DNA of 64,000 nt from a virus (Duplodnaviria; Caudoviricetes): positions 1 to 64,000 of the IMG/VR virus record IMGVR_UViG_3300035673_000002; one strand, 5' to 3'. The position numbers were made by a program, and so were the translations under genes. The notes under the pieces are model-generated. The model was given only the letters and a program-made list of their open reading frames with translations, had not been told where the DNA came from and made no database searches. Shown here in pieces: positions 9,302 to 19,196 of the stretch; the stretch's first letter is position 1; every line of letters begins with the position of its first letter.

Positions 9302-11440
9302 TTACTGGACCGCGACTGAGCCCAGGTTGATCGATTGGACGCTCTCGCCGTCCATGTACCAGAACCGACAGGGCGGCGAGCCGCGGTTCGCGCGCACCGT
9401 GGGATCGGCGTCGAGGACCTGGAGATACCAGCCTCGCGTAGAAAGCGTTGGTGCGATGTTCGCATTGGCGTCGGCGTTGACGGCTGCGATCTGGGCGGCC
9501 GAGAGCGAGACGCCGGAGCGGAATGCTCCGAAGTTGAGGCCGGCGTTGATCGGCGTCATCAGTGCCGCCTCGATCAGCGCTCGTCCCGCGGCGTTGTAGG
9601 GCACGGTGCGCATGTTCACCATCATGATAATCAGCGCCAACTGGAACTGCGCATTGAGCCAGATCTGATTGATGTAGGTATCGATCCACTTGAACGGGCC
9701 GGTCACGGTCCCACGCTGGAAGAGCACGAAGCTCGGATTTGCGGTGCCATACACGCCGTAGAAATTGTACCCGTTGCCGAAGTCTCCCGACGTCTGCGGA
9801 TTGCCGGCGAGGTTGTGCGCGGCGTTCTGGTCCGTGATGTCGGCGACCTGGCCGGCCTGCGAGCGGTAGGCCATCGTCGTGCGGCCGTTCGCTTGCGTGA
9901 AGTCCACGCTCGCGATCGCGCCCATCAGGAACGCGGCCTTGGCATAGGTGGGCGTGGCGATCGGCATGCTGCCGGTGTAGTTCGCCTGCTGGAGCAGGTA
10001 GCCGAGGCTCGACGTCGCCGGCACCGTGACCGTGCCGCTGAGATCGGTATCCCACGGGACGTAGGCCCAGCGATTGTTCTGTGTCGAGGTCCAAGCCGCG
10101 AAGGCGAGCTTGTTCGCGTTGCCGGCGCCGTTGTCGGGATCGAAGATCGTGGTGAAGCTCGCCCAATTGCGGGTGTTGACCACGAGCCCACTCATGAACG
10201 CCGACGGCGTCGTGACGGCATCCGCGCCCTGCGAAAGCACGGCTCCGAGCGCCTGTGTCAGCGAGAGCGCGGTGGCGAGGCCTCCGGTGGCGTAGGCGAT
10301 GGTCGAGAGCACTCCGGTGGTCGGCGACGTGACGACAAACGCCCCGGAAATGCTGTCGAAGGTCACGGCCTGGCCGATCGCCGTGCCGAGCAGCGTCGCC
10401 GCGGCCGAGAAGCTCGTCGCGGTCGAGAGGTCGACGCTGGCGCTCGTGGCCGGCGTGCCGTTGACGACGACGGAAACGTCGTAGTTGCCGGTGATGCTCT
10501 CCGAGATCGTGGTCGAGGAGGCCGAGAGCGTGTAGAGGCCGACGCCGCCGGTAGTGCCGCTCAGCTGGCTCACGACGCGGGAGCTCGCGGCGACGTTTGT
10601 GCCGGTGAGCAGCTGGCCGGCCACGATCGGCGTCGCCGCCGCAACCGTCACCTTGAGCACGCTCGAGAGCGCCGTGATGGCGGTGCTCGCCACCAGCTGC
10701 GCCTGGTTGAGCCGATAGAGGCCCACGCCTCCGGCGGTGCCGCTGATCTGCGAGGATACCGTGGTCGCGGCCACGACGTTGGTGCCGCTGATCGCATCGG
10801 TCGCCTGCAGCGAGCCGGAGGTGACCGCGGTGACGTTGAGCACGGTGCTGGTGGCGGTCAGCGCGTTGCCTGCCGAGGTCGTGACCGCGCTCGTGACGTA
10901 GACGCCGGCGCCGCCGGTGGTGCCGCTGGTCTGCGAGAGGATGCGGGTGCCGGCCGGGACGCCGGTGCCGGCGATGATGTCGCCCGCGGAAATGATGCCG
11001 GTGACGGCCGACGTCGTGAGGTTGGTGCCGGAGCCGGTGCCCGTGAAGGAGGCGCCGACCGAGCCGGTGACCACGCCGCCGATCGAGCCGGTCACCACGG
11101 TCGGCTTGATCTGCTGGACGGCCGCAAGCGCAAGGCCCGTGGCCGCTCCGCGCAGGTAGGCTGCGACGGCCACGGTGGGATATTGCGCCGCCAGCATCGC
11201 GCCGGGCTTGACGTTCGAATTGTCGGAGCCGGCGAAGTAGATATCGGCGAATGCCTTCTCGGCCGAGGCGAGACCGAAGAACGCGCCCACGGGCGCCGCG
11301 CCTCCGAACGATGTGGGGGCGCCGACCGGGACTCGGGTGCTCTGAGTGAGCAGGAGCCCGTTGAGGTCGATGGCGTCGCCACCAGCTGCGAGCACTGCCG
11401 GGTTGACGGTTACGAGATCGCTGGCGGGAATCGTGCTCAT
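9302..11440 (-). CDS. Contractile tail sheath (DUF3383-like) with three inserted beta modules
   Basis: IPAS..V.VNP.VL, NW..F.T, W.D.Y.NQIWL, WY.DG.SVQ.I motifs. Confidence 0.9.
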   Translation of the reverse strand: MSTIPASDLVTVNPAVLAAGGDAIDLNGLLLTQSTRVPVGAPTSFGGAAPVGAFFGLASAEKAFADIYFAGSDNSNVKPGAMLAAQYPTVAVAAYLRGAATGLALAAVQQIKPTVVTGSIGGVVTGSVGASFTGTGSGTNLTTSAVTGIISAGDIIAGTGVPAGTRILSQTSGTTGGAGVYVTSAVTTSAGNALTATSTVLNVTAVTSGSLQATDAISGTNVVAATTVSSQISGTAGGVGLYRLNQAQLVASTAITALSSVLKVTVAAATPIVAGQLLTGTNVAASSRVVSQLSGTTGGVGLYTLSASSTTISESITGNYDVSVVVNGTPATSASVDLSTATSFSAAATLLGTAIGQAVTFDSISGAFVVTSPTTGVLSTIAYATGGLATALSLTQALGAVLSQGADAVTTPSAFMSGLVVNTRNWASFTTIFDPDNGAGNANKLAFAAWTSTQNNRWAYVPWDTDLSGTVTVPATSSLGYLLQQANYTGSMPIATPTYAKAAFLMGAIASVDFTQANGRTTMAYRSQAGQVADITDQNAAHNLAGNPQTSGDFGNGYNFYGVYGTANPSFVLFQRGTVTGPFKWIDTYINQIWLNAQFQLALIIMMVNMRTVPYNAAGRALIEAALMTPINAGLNFGAFRSGVSLSAAQIAAVNADANANIAPTLSTRGWYLQVLDADPTVRANRGSPPCRFWYMDGESVQSINLGSVAVQ

Positions 11441-11452
11441 GCTCGGTGCTCC

Positions 11453-12181
11453 TTATGGGGGATAGGTGGCCTCGACGGGTACCAATACCACAGGCCCGAT
11501 GACATCGGCGAATTGCTGCGGCACTGGCACGGTCTGGTTTGCCTGCAGCATCGCCTCGATCACCCAGCGATCTTCGTACTGTTGCTGGTCATTAACGAAT
11601 GGAATTTGCTTGGGATCGTCCGCGTAGAGCGGCGCCACGGTGCTTGAGAGCGCCTTGAAGAACTGCACCGCGTAATCGTCGCGCATCAGGGTGGAGATCA
11701 CCTGCGCATTGTCTGCGCTGTTGGGCCCGTGCACGTCTATCTGCATCACGACCATCGTCTCCTGCATCGCTTGCATGGCGCCGGCGGCCATCGTCTCGCT
11801 GGCGACGGTCTGGCCGGGCAGGATGCCGTAGGTGCCCGCTCCGCCTGGCGGTCCGGAAATCTGCGAGGCGATGACGGTGCCCGCGGTGATGCCGGCGCCG
11901 AACAGGTTTCGGCCGACTTGGATGGTACCGAGCGCGACGGCACTGACGGTCATCGTGGTGCCGGCGATCGACGCGGTGAAGGCGGCATCGTCATAGGTGT
12001 CGATGTTGGTCGCGATCCGCCCGCGCCTGCTCGGCGTCATCATGACGAAATCTATGGCCGCAGGCTCCGACACTCGATTGTCCTGGCCTCCGATCACCTC
12101 GACGCCGCTCGGCAGGATGCTGAGCAGGAACGAGCGCAGCACCGCGTCGATCGCGTCTTCGTTGGGAGTTGGCGCAGTCAT
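11453..12181 (-). CDS. Tail terminator / completion protein with inserted beta module
   Basis: GQ.NRV.EP, Q.D.HGP.S.D.A...L.RD, PLY.DDP.Q.P...QYE.RW motifs; directly upstream of the sheath. Confidence 0.8.
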   Translation of the reverse strand: MTAPTPNEDAIDAVLRSFLLSILPSGVEVIGGQDNRVSEPAAIDFVMMTPSRRGRIATNIDTYDDAAFTASIAGTTMTVSAVALGTIQVGRNLFGAGITAGTVIASQISGPPGGAGTYGILPGQTVASETMAAGAMQAMQETMVVMQIDVHGPNSADNAQVISTLMRDDYAVQFFKALSSTVAPLYADDPKQIPFVNDQQQYEDRWVIEAMLQANQTVPVPQQFADVIGPVVLVPVEATYPP

Positions 12182-14919
12182 GCTGCCATGTCCAGGAAGG
12201 CCGGCGTGTTGTCATTGGCCGCCGGCTCGAGGTCGCGCTTGAGAAGATACGGCGTCGAGATCGCCTGCTCGAGCGAATTCGGGATGCGCGTGGTGAGCCA
12301 CAGCGCTGCGCTGATGATGTAGCCGTTCCAGAACTGCGTTGCGTTCGCGAGCGCTCCGAGGTGGAACGTGGTCACGACAGGCGTCGCCGCCGCGGCCGTG
12401 GCGTTGTTCGCGCCATTGAAATAGGCGGATTGATCTGACGCAGCCGTGGCTGCGACGATCTTTCCGTTTGCGTTTTGCGCCCACACCGCATTCGGCTGGA
12501 AGCCGGAGAACGATCCTCCATTGACTATTCCCGCCTGCGCCAGACCGATATCGAGCGGCCGGAACAGCACCAGACGGTTTGTATTGGAGGTGTCATCGAT
12601 CTGGGCAGCGGTTTGGGTGATGCCGTAGGTCACCGGCGCATTCGGCCTTCCATTGATGAACACCGAGTAGGCGCTCCCGAACGAGAACGTGCCCGTCACC
12701 ACATCGCCCGGACGCGCCACTGCCGCATTCGTCGTGCGGATGGGCGAGCTTGCATAGCCGGTGTTCTTGCCGGACGTCCAGGGGCCAACATAGTAGCGAT
12801 AGGTCACGGTCGGCGTGCCCGAGTAGACGTGCCGCACGCGCACGAAGGCTTGCGTCGTGAGTGCTGGCGCGACCGCCTGGACCTGGTAGAGCGTCAGCGC
12901 ACCGGCAGCTTTGTTGATCGCGGTCGAGGTTCGACTGATCTCGACGTTGCTCGAGTTCCCGAAAAGGACCTCGAGGAAGACGGCGGTGAAGCCCGCATCG
13001 TCGGTGACGGTTTGATAGTAGGCTGTAGCAACCACCACATCGCCGGGGGCAACGGGCGTGACGCTCGCACCTCCAAACGACGCCTGCGGATTGATATCGT
13101 ATTCCGTTCCCGCCGGCAGTGCGCCGCCGGCGAGCGACACGTCGAGCACGTTCTGACCGCTGATCGTTGGAAGCGCCAGCGTGCGCGTCTCGGTCCCGAC
13201 GTTGCTCGAAGCCCACGATGCACCGCCCACGAACGGCAGTGTGCCGGGCGATCCCGCAACGGCTCCGGCGACAGTCGGAGCGCCGAGAAGCTGGGACGTG
13301 ACGCCCGCCTCGATCTGCGGCCAACCGAGCCGCACGATGATGAAGGTATTGGTCGTTGCTGATGGCTGGACGAAGAACACAGGCCGCGTCGTCGCGACGG
13401 TCGCGTCGGTGATGGTCGGCGTGAAGACCATCCGGTTCGCACCGATGCCCGCCGCGCTGCCGCTGGCGACTTGGTTCGCATTTCGATAGGTGCCGATGAA
13501 CGCCGGGCCGGACGCGAAGCTATCCACTCCGTTGTAGACGGACGCGATATTGGTGGCGGTGCCGAGGGTGCGCCAGAACACGCTCGTCGCCACGATCCCA
13601 TTGAGAGCGGTCGCAAACTGCCCGCCCGCTTCGAAGTGAACCCCCTGCTCGGCGGCGGCCGTCGCAAGACCGAAGAAGCACAGATCAAAATACTCGACGC
13701 CGTTCTCCGTTCCGTTGCTGACAACTTGGATGCCGGTGCCAGTATTGTTGTTGAACACATCTTGGTTTGTGGGCAGTTGTCCGGCGTCCTGCACCGAGAC
13801 CCTGGTCAGCGTGACGGCTGTGCTCGCGGTCGAGTTCACGAATGAGATAAAGCTCGTCGTCGATCCAGCCACGAACTGGAAGCGCTTTCCGATCCCCATT
13901 CCGGAACTGACATTGAGCAGCGTGCTCCCGGCAACCGCCGTTCCGACGCGCACCGTGACGGACGTGCCGCCACTGGCGTCGATTGAAAGGTTGTAAGTGT
14001 GGCCAGCAATCGTCGTGAGCGCCGTCGTGCCCTGGAAGTTCGCCGCGTTGCCACTGCCATCCGCCGTGAGGACCACGTTCGGATTGGAGTAGGTCACGGT
14101 CGATGTGCCGCCCACTATGTTCCACTGCCATCCGTTCTGCGGCGTGTTCTGCGAGGCGTTGATCGGGCTCGAAACAAAGTTGCCGTTCGTCACCAACTCG
14201 GCAATGACCGAGGTGCCCTGGAGGATAACCGGGCTGGCAGTGTTGCGCCCGAAGCGGAGCCATGTCGTCGCGCCCGAGGCGGTGAACTGCAATCGAAAGA
14301 AATTGGCTCCGCTGGTGTTGAGCAGATCGTGAGCGCCTTGAGTGGTGCCAACCTCGACATTGACGTTTGCGCCCGAGGTAAATCCGCTGACGTTGTAGGT
14401 CGCGCCAGGAGCAGTGACCATCGACTGCTCGGCGAAGGCCTCGTTGGTACCGTCTCCGGTCAGCGTCAGTTGCGCCGCCCCGAAGACGACGGTGCCGGTG
14501 CCACCGCTCAGACCTGTGGTCCATGTGCTGGTGTCGTAGAATAAGCCGTTGGCGATCAACGTAGGCGCGACGACGATCCCCTGCGCCGAGTTGTTGCGGA
14601 TGCCGTTGGTGGCGGGCTGCTCGATCAGCGCGCCTTTATTCGTGTAGCAGAGCGTGTTCGACGGGACCTGACCCCAATTTCCCGCGGTGTCATCGCAGGC
14701 CTTTGGCAGCGCGCGGACGGTGGTCAGCGGGCAATTGAAAAGCTGCCCGGTCGAGAAGAAGCATCCGACCGACGCGCTCTGGAAACCACTCGGCAAGCGG
14801 TTGGCTCCGCCGAGGATCGCCACGCCCTGGGTCTGCGGCTGGACCGGCTGCGCGATCGCTCCGCTCGCCAGGGCGATGGCGAGGAAGGCCGCAAACCATG
14901 AGCGCATGAAGGAGCGCAT
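12178..14919 (-). CDS. Large fibre/spike-like protein with signal peptide, several CBM-like beta-sandwich domains and a ConA/LamG-like C-terminus
   Basis: FAAFLAIALASGAIA/Q leader; ALIEQPATN...SPIRTTNAAVARPGD frame resembling phage head-spike fibres; repeated (L/V)xNGxF domain starts. The true start may be the second Met (14907). Confidence 0.65.
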   Translation of the reverse strand: MRSFMRSWFAAFLAIALASGAIAQPVQPQTQGVAILGGANRLPSGFQSASVGCFFSTGQLFNCPLTTVRALPKACDDTAGNWGQVPSNTLCYTNKGALIEQPATNGIRNNSAQGIVVAPTLIANGLFYDTSTWTTGLSGGTGTVVFGAAQLTLTGDGTNEAFAEQSMVTAPGATYNVSGFTSGANVNVEVGTTQGAHDLLNTSGANFFRLQFTASGATTWLRFGRNTASPVILQGTSVIAELVTNGNFVSSPINASQNTPQNGWQWNIVGGTSTVTYSNPNVVLTADGSGNAANFQGTTALTTIAGHTYNLSIDASGGTSVTVRVGTAVAGSTLLNVSSGMGIGKRFQFVAGSTTSFISFVNSTASTAVTLTRVSVQDAGQLPTNQDVFNNNTGTGIQVVSNGTENGVEYFDLCFFGLATAAAEQGVHFEAGGQFATALNGIVATSVFWRTLGTATNIASVYNGVDSFASGPAFIGTYRNANQVASGSAAGIGANRMVFTPTITDATVATTRPVFFVQPSATTNTFIIVRLGWPQIEAGVTSQLLGAPTVAGAVAGSPGTLPFVGGASWASSNVGTETRTLALPTISGQNVLDVSLAGGALPAGTEYDINPQASFGGASVTPVAPGDVVVATAYYQTVTDDAGFTAVFLEVLFGNSSNVEISRTSTAINKAAGALTLYQVQAVAPALTTQAFVRVRHVYSGTPTVTYRYYVGPWTSGKNTGYASSPIRTTNAAVARPGDVVTGTFSFGSAYSVFINGRPNAPVTYGITQTAAQIDDTSNTNRLVLFRPLDIGLAQAGIVNGGSFSGFQPNAVWAQNANGKIVAATAASDQSAYFNGANNATAAAATPVVTTFHLGALANATQFWNGYIISAALWLTTRIPNSLEQAISTPYLLKRDLEPAANDNTPAFLDMAA

Positions 14920-14926
14920 GCTGGCG

Positions 14927-15505
14927 CTAATTCCGCAGGAGGCCGAAGCCGACCGAGATGTCGGTTGCGGCGGTGAAGGTGGGAGTTGCTCGCGTCACGA
15001 GGCAGGCGAACATAGTCGTGATGTTTATCAGCGCGTAGGGCATCGCCAGGTTAAGCGCCTGGCCGATCGATGGCGTGCCGAGCGACGTCCAATCCGTGAT
15101 GTGGACGACGCCGCGGACCTTGTCGAAGTCGGCGGCGGAGACGGCGATCGCGGTCTTGTCTGTGCATGTGGTCGTGGTCGGGTTGGCGTTGAAAAGCACG
15201 AGGTCCATTTGCGTCGTCTGCAGCGATTTCGAATTCACGAACACCGATTGCAGCAGACCGCTCGTGGCCGGCGCTCCGGCGTAGGTACCGAGCGCGCGCG
15301 CCGCTCCTGCGAGCGTCATGAGGCCGCCGACCGCGTTGCCGCTGGCGTAGGCCGATCCTGCCGTGACGGTCTGCGGGATCTGCAGCGGGATTTGATTGCC
15401 GCCGACTTCGCCGATGTGAAAATCACCTTGCGCTGCGGCCGGTGCGATGGCCGCGAGCAGCCAGACAGCAGCTGCCACGAGAAATTTCGTCATCATGGGC
15501 GTCAT
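14927..15505 (-). CDS. Signal-peptide-bearing beta-sandwich protein in the neck region
   Basis: [20 protein letters not shown] leader; two Cys; coupled to the head-closure stop (ATGA). Confidence 0.75.
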   Translation of the reverse strand: MTPMMTKFLVAAAVWLLAAIAPAAAQGDFHIGEVGGNQIPLQIPQTVTAGSAYASGNAVGGLMTLAGAARALGTYAGAPATSGLLQSVFVNSKSLQTTQMDLVLFNANPTTTTCTDKTAIAVSAADFDKVRGVVHITDWTSLGTPSIGQALNLAMPYALINITTMFACLVTRATPTFTAATDISVGFGLLRN

Positions 15506-16083
15506 GCTCCGTTCTGCAGGGTGACGGCGACCTTACACCAGTCCGGCCAATATTCGAGCACCAGAACGACCAGCCAGATTTCGCCGTTCGGCCTGGTGAT
15601 GAGATCGCCGCCTTTGTTGTCCTTGCGCACCAGGCCGTCGATCCGGCCGTTGAGATAAATCGCGCGCTTGATGCCCTGGAGGTTGAGCGAGTCGACCTGG
15701 TGGAGATCGCTGAAGGTCATCGATTGAACTTGGCCCGGAACGGTGAGCGCCGATGTCATGGCCTCGCTGCCGACCGTCTGTCCGGTTGGGCTCACCAGAT
15801 ACGTTCCCGCTCCGCCGGTGCCGGTGCCGAGCGCGACGATCACGGTCCCGGGGGCGACGCCGGGACCTGTGATCGTCTGCCCCACTTTCAGGACGCCGGA
15901 AGCCACGGCGCTGACGGTGAGCACGTTGCCGGCGATCGCTCCGGTGAAGCTCCCGGGCGTGGCGTATTTCGGCGAGCGGGTTCCGCTCCCGGCGGTGGTG
16001 TAGCCGACGCTGATCTGCACGCCGAGTTGCTCGTCCGGGTTTACGGCCGTGATGGCGCCGCGGACGATCTGGTGAAGGTTCAT
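15502..16083 (-). CDS. Head-closure / neck protein with inserted beta module
   Basis: MNLH.IVRGAI..VNP, Q.I.RAIYL.G...G.VR...KGGDL, WPDWCKV motifs. Confidence 0.8.
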   Translation of the reverse strand: MNLHQIVRGAITAVNPDEQLGVQISVGYTTAGSGTRSPKYATPGSFTGAIAGNVLTVSAVASGVLKVGQTITGPGVAPGTVIVALGTGTGGAGTYLVSPTGQTVGSEAMTSALTVPGQVQSMTFSDLHQVDSLNLQGIKRAIYLNGRIDGLVRKDNKGGDLITRPNGEIWLVVLVLEYWPDWCKVAVTLQNGA

Positions 16084-16098
16084 CGCGCTCGATCGGGG

Positions 16099-16857
16099 TC
16101 AGTAGAGGCTGGCGACGGGTCCCACCGCGGTGGTGAAGGTGCCGGCCGGGGCGAAGGAGACGAAGGTTCCGAAGGTACCGGCGGCCTGGCTTTGGGCGCC
16201 GAAGTCGCCGATCGTGTGCGAGCGGAACTTGTAGCCGACGTTGTTGCACTGCAGTTGGACGTAGTAGGTCGCCGGGCCCTTGGCGGCGTAGGGGGTGGCG
16301 AACGGCACGCGCTGGTAGACCGCGGTACCGGAGGCGGCGGTGGACGCCGAAAGGGCCGCGGCGATCGGCGCTCCGGCGCTGGTGGCGAGGCCGACCTGAA
16401 TGTTGCCAGCCACGGCGGTCGCGTTGACGAGCGCGACGCCGGTCACGGTCATGTTCGCCGGGATGAAGAGCTCGGCGACGTAGGTCGTGGTCGCGACGCA
16501 GGTGACTTCGGTGCCGTCGGTGATGGCGAGCGGCTTCCAGTTGCCGGTCATCACCAGGCGCGGCGAGATCGTGAAGCCCGCGGCTGGCCCGATGCCGCCG
16601 GTGGGAGTGTACGCTCCGGTGGACGAGAACGTGCCGGTGGCCGTCAGATTCGTGAAGGTGCCGGCGACCGGCGTGGTGCCGCCGATCGTCATGTTGTCGA
16701 TGAGGCCTGGCGCGGCCGGGCTCGTAGTCGGCGGCGTGAACGGAAACACCTGGTCGCCGATGTTCGTAAAGAACGTCGTGTTGGCAGCCAGGGCGATCGC
16801 GTACACGCTGATGAGGGCAGCGCCGGTGATGAGTGCCTTGCGAAGCATCGGGATCAT
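16099..16857 (-). CDS. Signal-peptide-bearing fibre-like protein
   Basis: RKALITGAALISVYAIALA/A leader; IDNMTIGGTTPVAGTFT fibre-shaft motif; C-terminal beta-sandwich with two Cys. Confidence 0.75.
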   Translation of the reverse strand: MIPMLRKALITGAALISVYAIALAANTTFFTNIGDQVFPFTPPTTSPAAPGLIDNMTIGGTTPVAGTFTNLTATGTFSSTGAYTPTGGIGPAAGFTISPRLVMTGNWKPLAITDGTEVTCVATTTYVAELFIPANMTVTGVALVNATAVAGNIQVGLATSAGAPIAAALSASTAASGTAVYQRVPFATPYAAKGPATYYVQLQCNNVGYKFRSHTIGDFGAQSQAAGTFGTFVSFAPAGTFTTAVGPVASLY

Positions 16858-17393
16858 CCTTTCACGTCGTAGTCGACGCTGTTGAGCATGTGGGCAGTCT
16901 CGTCGAGCACCTTGGTGGAAACGCCGGCGGTCGACTCGCCGGCGGCGACGCGTCGTGCCGCCTCGCCCACGGTCTTGCGTGTTACCACGAGCGCCTGGTT
17001 CTGCGATTTCATTTTGCGCAGCATGATCGTGACCGGGCTCAGAGGCGGGGTGTCAGTCTCGATGATTGCTTGCTGCAGCTGGCCGCGGATGCCCTCGCCC
17101 AAGCGGCGCAGCGCCTGGTCGGCGTCGTTGTCGACGGCCTTGAGGTTGGCCTCGAGCGCAGCAGCCCAGCCCGGGCTTTTCGCCGCGACCATGCTCGAGA
17201 AAAACGGCCGCGGCGGGATCCTGACTTTCGGTGCGCCGTAGTTCTGGATCGCCGCCACCATGGCGACCGGCGTGCCGTTGGGATAGGTCGCGTTCTCGAG
17301 GAAGCCCACGCGGAGCGTTTCCTTGCGGGCGAGCTTGTGCGCCAGGACCGCCAGAGCGGCTTCGAATTTGTCGCCGCCTCTGATCGTGGCCAT
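16854..17393 (-). CDS. Neck / virion morphogenesis protein
   Basis: ATG at 17393 after AGGAGAGG; VGFLE.ATYP.GTPVAMVAAIQ.YG...IPPRPFF...L.SV.Y.V motif. Confidence 0.85.
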   Translation of the reverse strand: MATIRGGDKFEAALAVLAHKLARKETLRVGFLENATYPNGTPVAMVAAIQNYGAPKVRIPPRPFFSSMVAAKSPGWAAALEANLKAVDNDADQALRRLGEGIRGQLQQAIIETDTPPLSPVTIMLRKMKSQNQALVVTRKTVGEAARRVAAGESTAGVSTKVLDETAHMLNSVDYDVKG

Positions 17394-17469
17394 CAGGCCT
17401 CTCCTGGTCGCACGGGCCGCGGCCTCGGGCTTAGGTGGGGGTTTGGTGCCGAGGCCGTCTTGCGCGTGT

Positions 17470-18186
17470 TCAGCGGGGCTCGTTACCCGGCACGACCGGG
17501 TCCGGGTTGTTGGGGTCGGGCTGCCGCGGCTGCGGATCGCCGGGATCGCGCGGGTTGCTCGCGGCCTGGTCGCCGCTCTGGTCGACGCGCTGGGGCGGGA
17601 TCGCGCCTGGTGCGCCGGCGTGCTGCGGGGCGTTTGTGGCGAGCGTCGGCGCGCGGCCGGCCTCATGGGGATTGACGAGGCCCGCCTCATTGGGCCCGGT
17701 CTGGGGGCCGACCTGGAGGCGTGGCGTGCCCCGTGGGCGGCCTAACGGTGGCCGTTCGGTAATCGGGACCATTCCGGATGCCGACGGGTCCAGCGGCCTT
17801 CCGCCGGCGCGCTGGAGGCCATAGGAGGTGGCCAGATCGTCGAGGTCCTGGCCGGAAGCGTTCGAGATCGGGTTCTTGACGTCGTAGGCGGCGTCATCGC
17901 CGCCGACCGCCTGGAGCGTGCGGGCGCGCAGGCTGTCGTCGCTCTCGAGGTCCTGGCCGCCCTCGTACTGGGCACGATCATCGTCCTTGCGCGGGGTCTC
18001 GGGCGGCGGCAGCGGCTTGTGGATTTCGTCATGCAGCCTTTTCGCGTCGGCGTCTTCCTCGGCCTTCTCGCGCGCGCTGTGCGCCTCCCATTGCGGGAGC
18101 ATGCCCTGGACGAGCATCGGCTCGACCTTGGCCTTGAAGGCCATCAACTCGGCGATCTGTTTTTCCATCTTGTCGACGTCGGCCAT
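17470..18186 (-). CDS. Hypothetical Pro-rich protein carrying baseplate-J-like motifs
   Basis: GGAGAG RBS; in operon; ESDDSLRAR and ASGQDLDDLATSYGLQR. Confidence 0.7.
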   Translation of the reverse strand: MADVDKMEKQIAELMAFKAKVEPMLVQGMLPQWEAHSAREKAEEDADAKRLHDEIHKPLPPPETPRKDDDRAQYEGGQDLESDDSLRARTLQAVGGDDAAYDVKNPISNASGQDLDDLATSYGLQRAGGRPLDPSASGMVPITERPPLGRPRGTPRLQVGPQTGPNEAGLVNPHEAGRAPTLATNAPQHAGAPGAIPPQRVDQSGDQAASNPRDPGDPQPRQPDPNNPDPVVPGNEPR

Positions 18187-18213
18187 GGCCGTTCTCTCCT
18201 TGCTTGTGTGGGT

Positions 18214-18717
18214 TTACCCCGTGTAGCCGTTCCAGTTGCTGCCGCCCCAGCCTGCCGCCCAGGCGCTCCGGAACGGGTAGATGCTGTCGACGACGATGGT
18301 CGGCCTGGCGATGTAGCGCATCGTGCGGTACTGCGCCGTCATCGCCCAGAAGGCCGCCCCGTATTTGCTTTGCTGCCACCATTGCGCGGAGCCCGCCGGA
18401 TAGTCGTTCTCGGCGCTGACCGAGACCGATCCTTCGCTCGCGCTCGAGACGCGCCCGACCAGGCCTGGGGCCTGGACGGCGCCGCCGGTGACGATGTTGC
18501 CGTTGGCGTCGCGTGTGGAGCAGAGCCAGGCAATGTGGGCGGTGACCGTGTTGAGGAGCACGGCGAGAATGGCCGACGAGCTCACCGGGCCGCCGCCATC
18601 GTTGCGGACGTACGTGGTCGCTTCATCGAAATAGAGTTGAGCGACCTGCTGCGTCACGCCCGCGAATTCAGGGTAGCGCGCGATCCAGGTGGCGTAATTG
18701 AACGTGACGATCGCCAC
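18214..18717 (-). CDS. Head-tail adaptor (DUF4054-like)
   Basis: W..RYPEF...F.EA...AH.A.L...GRVSSASEGSVSVS...W.Q.KYG..FW motif. Confidence 0.9.
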   Translation of the reverse strand: MAIVTFNYATWIARYPEFAGVTQQVAQLYFDEATTYVRNDGGGPVSSSAILAVLLNTVTAHIAWLCSTRDANGNIVTGGAVQAPGLVGRVSSASEGSVSVSAENDYPAGSAQWWQQSKYGAAFWAMTAQYRTMRYIARPTIVVDSIYPFRSAWAAGWGGSNWNGYTG

Positions 18718-18722
18718 GGCGG

Positions 18723-19196
18723 TTAGTCTTCCTTCTCGTTGGTCTGCAGCACGAGGCCTTTGGCCTTGGGCACGCGTGGGTCGCGCGCACGCTTGATGCC
18801 GTCGCGGTCGACCATGGCCATGTCCATGGGCTCGAGGCCGCTCCTGGTGGACTTGTGCTCGCGCGATTCCGCGGTGGCGTCAGCCGGCTTGTCCTGCACC
18901 AGGATGAGCTTGTTCATCACGACGTCGGAGCGCTTGTTCTGCTGCAGCCACGTCTCCATGAAGTCCGCGCTGACGTTGTGGGTCAGGGCGTAGCCGTAGA
19001 CGATGGTCGCCCTCGGCGCCTTGTTGATCTCGTGCGCCGGTCCATTGATGTGCACGGACTCGCCGATCGGACGGGCCACCTTGACATCCTTGTACGAGCC
19101 ATCGCGCTGGAGCTCGCGGGTGTCTTCGTAGGCGAAAACTCGCAACTCGAGCCCGTTGGGGATCTTGCATGCGACGGTGCACGTGTCGGTGGACAT
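18723..19196 (-). CDS. Conserved head-associated protein
   Basis: TVACKIPNGL...V.ADF.E.WL.QN...SGLEP motif typical of the post-capsid gene in this module type. Confidence 0.75.
   Translation of the reverse strand: MSTDTCTVACKIPNGLELRVFAYEDTRELQRDGSYKDVKVARPIGESVHINGPAHEINKAPRATIVYGYALTHNVSADFMETWLQQNKRSDVVMNKLILVQDKPADATAESREHKSTRSGLEPMDMAMVDRDGIKRARDPRVPKAKGLVLQTNEKED

Noticed and set aside
9335-11647. 770-aa plus-strand ORF and other long antisense ORFs (6836-8509, 30895-32571, 44884-46911, 56445-58151 minus, etc.)
   Set aside because: Shadow frames of GC-rich genes on the opposite strand; Arg/Gly/Ala-rich, with no motifs and no RBS.
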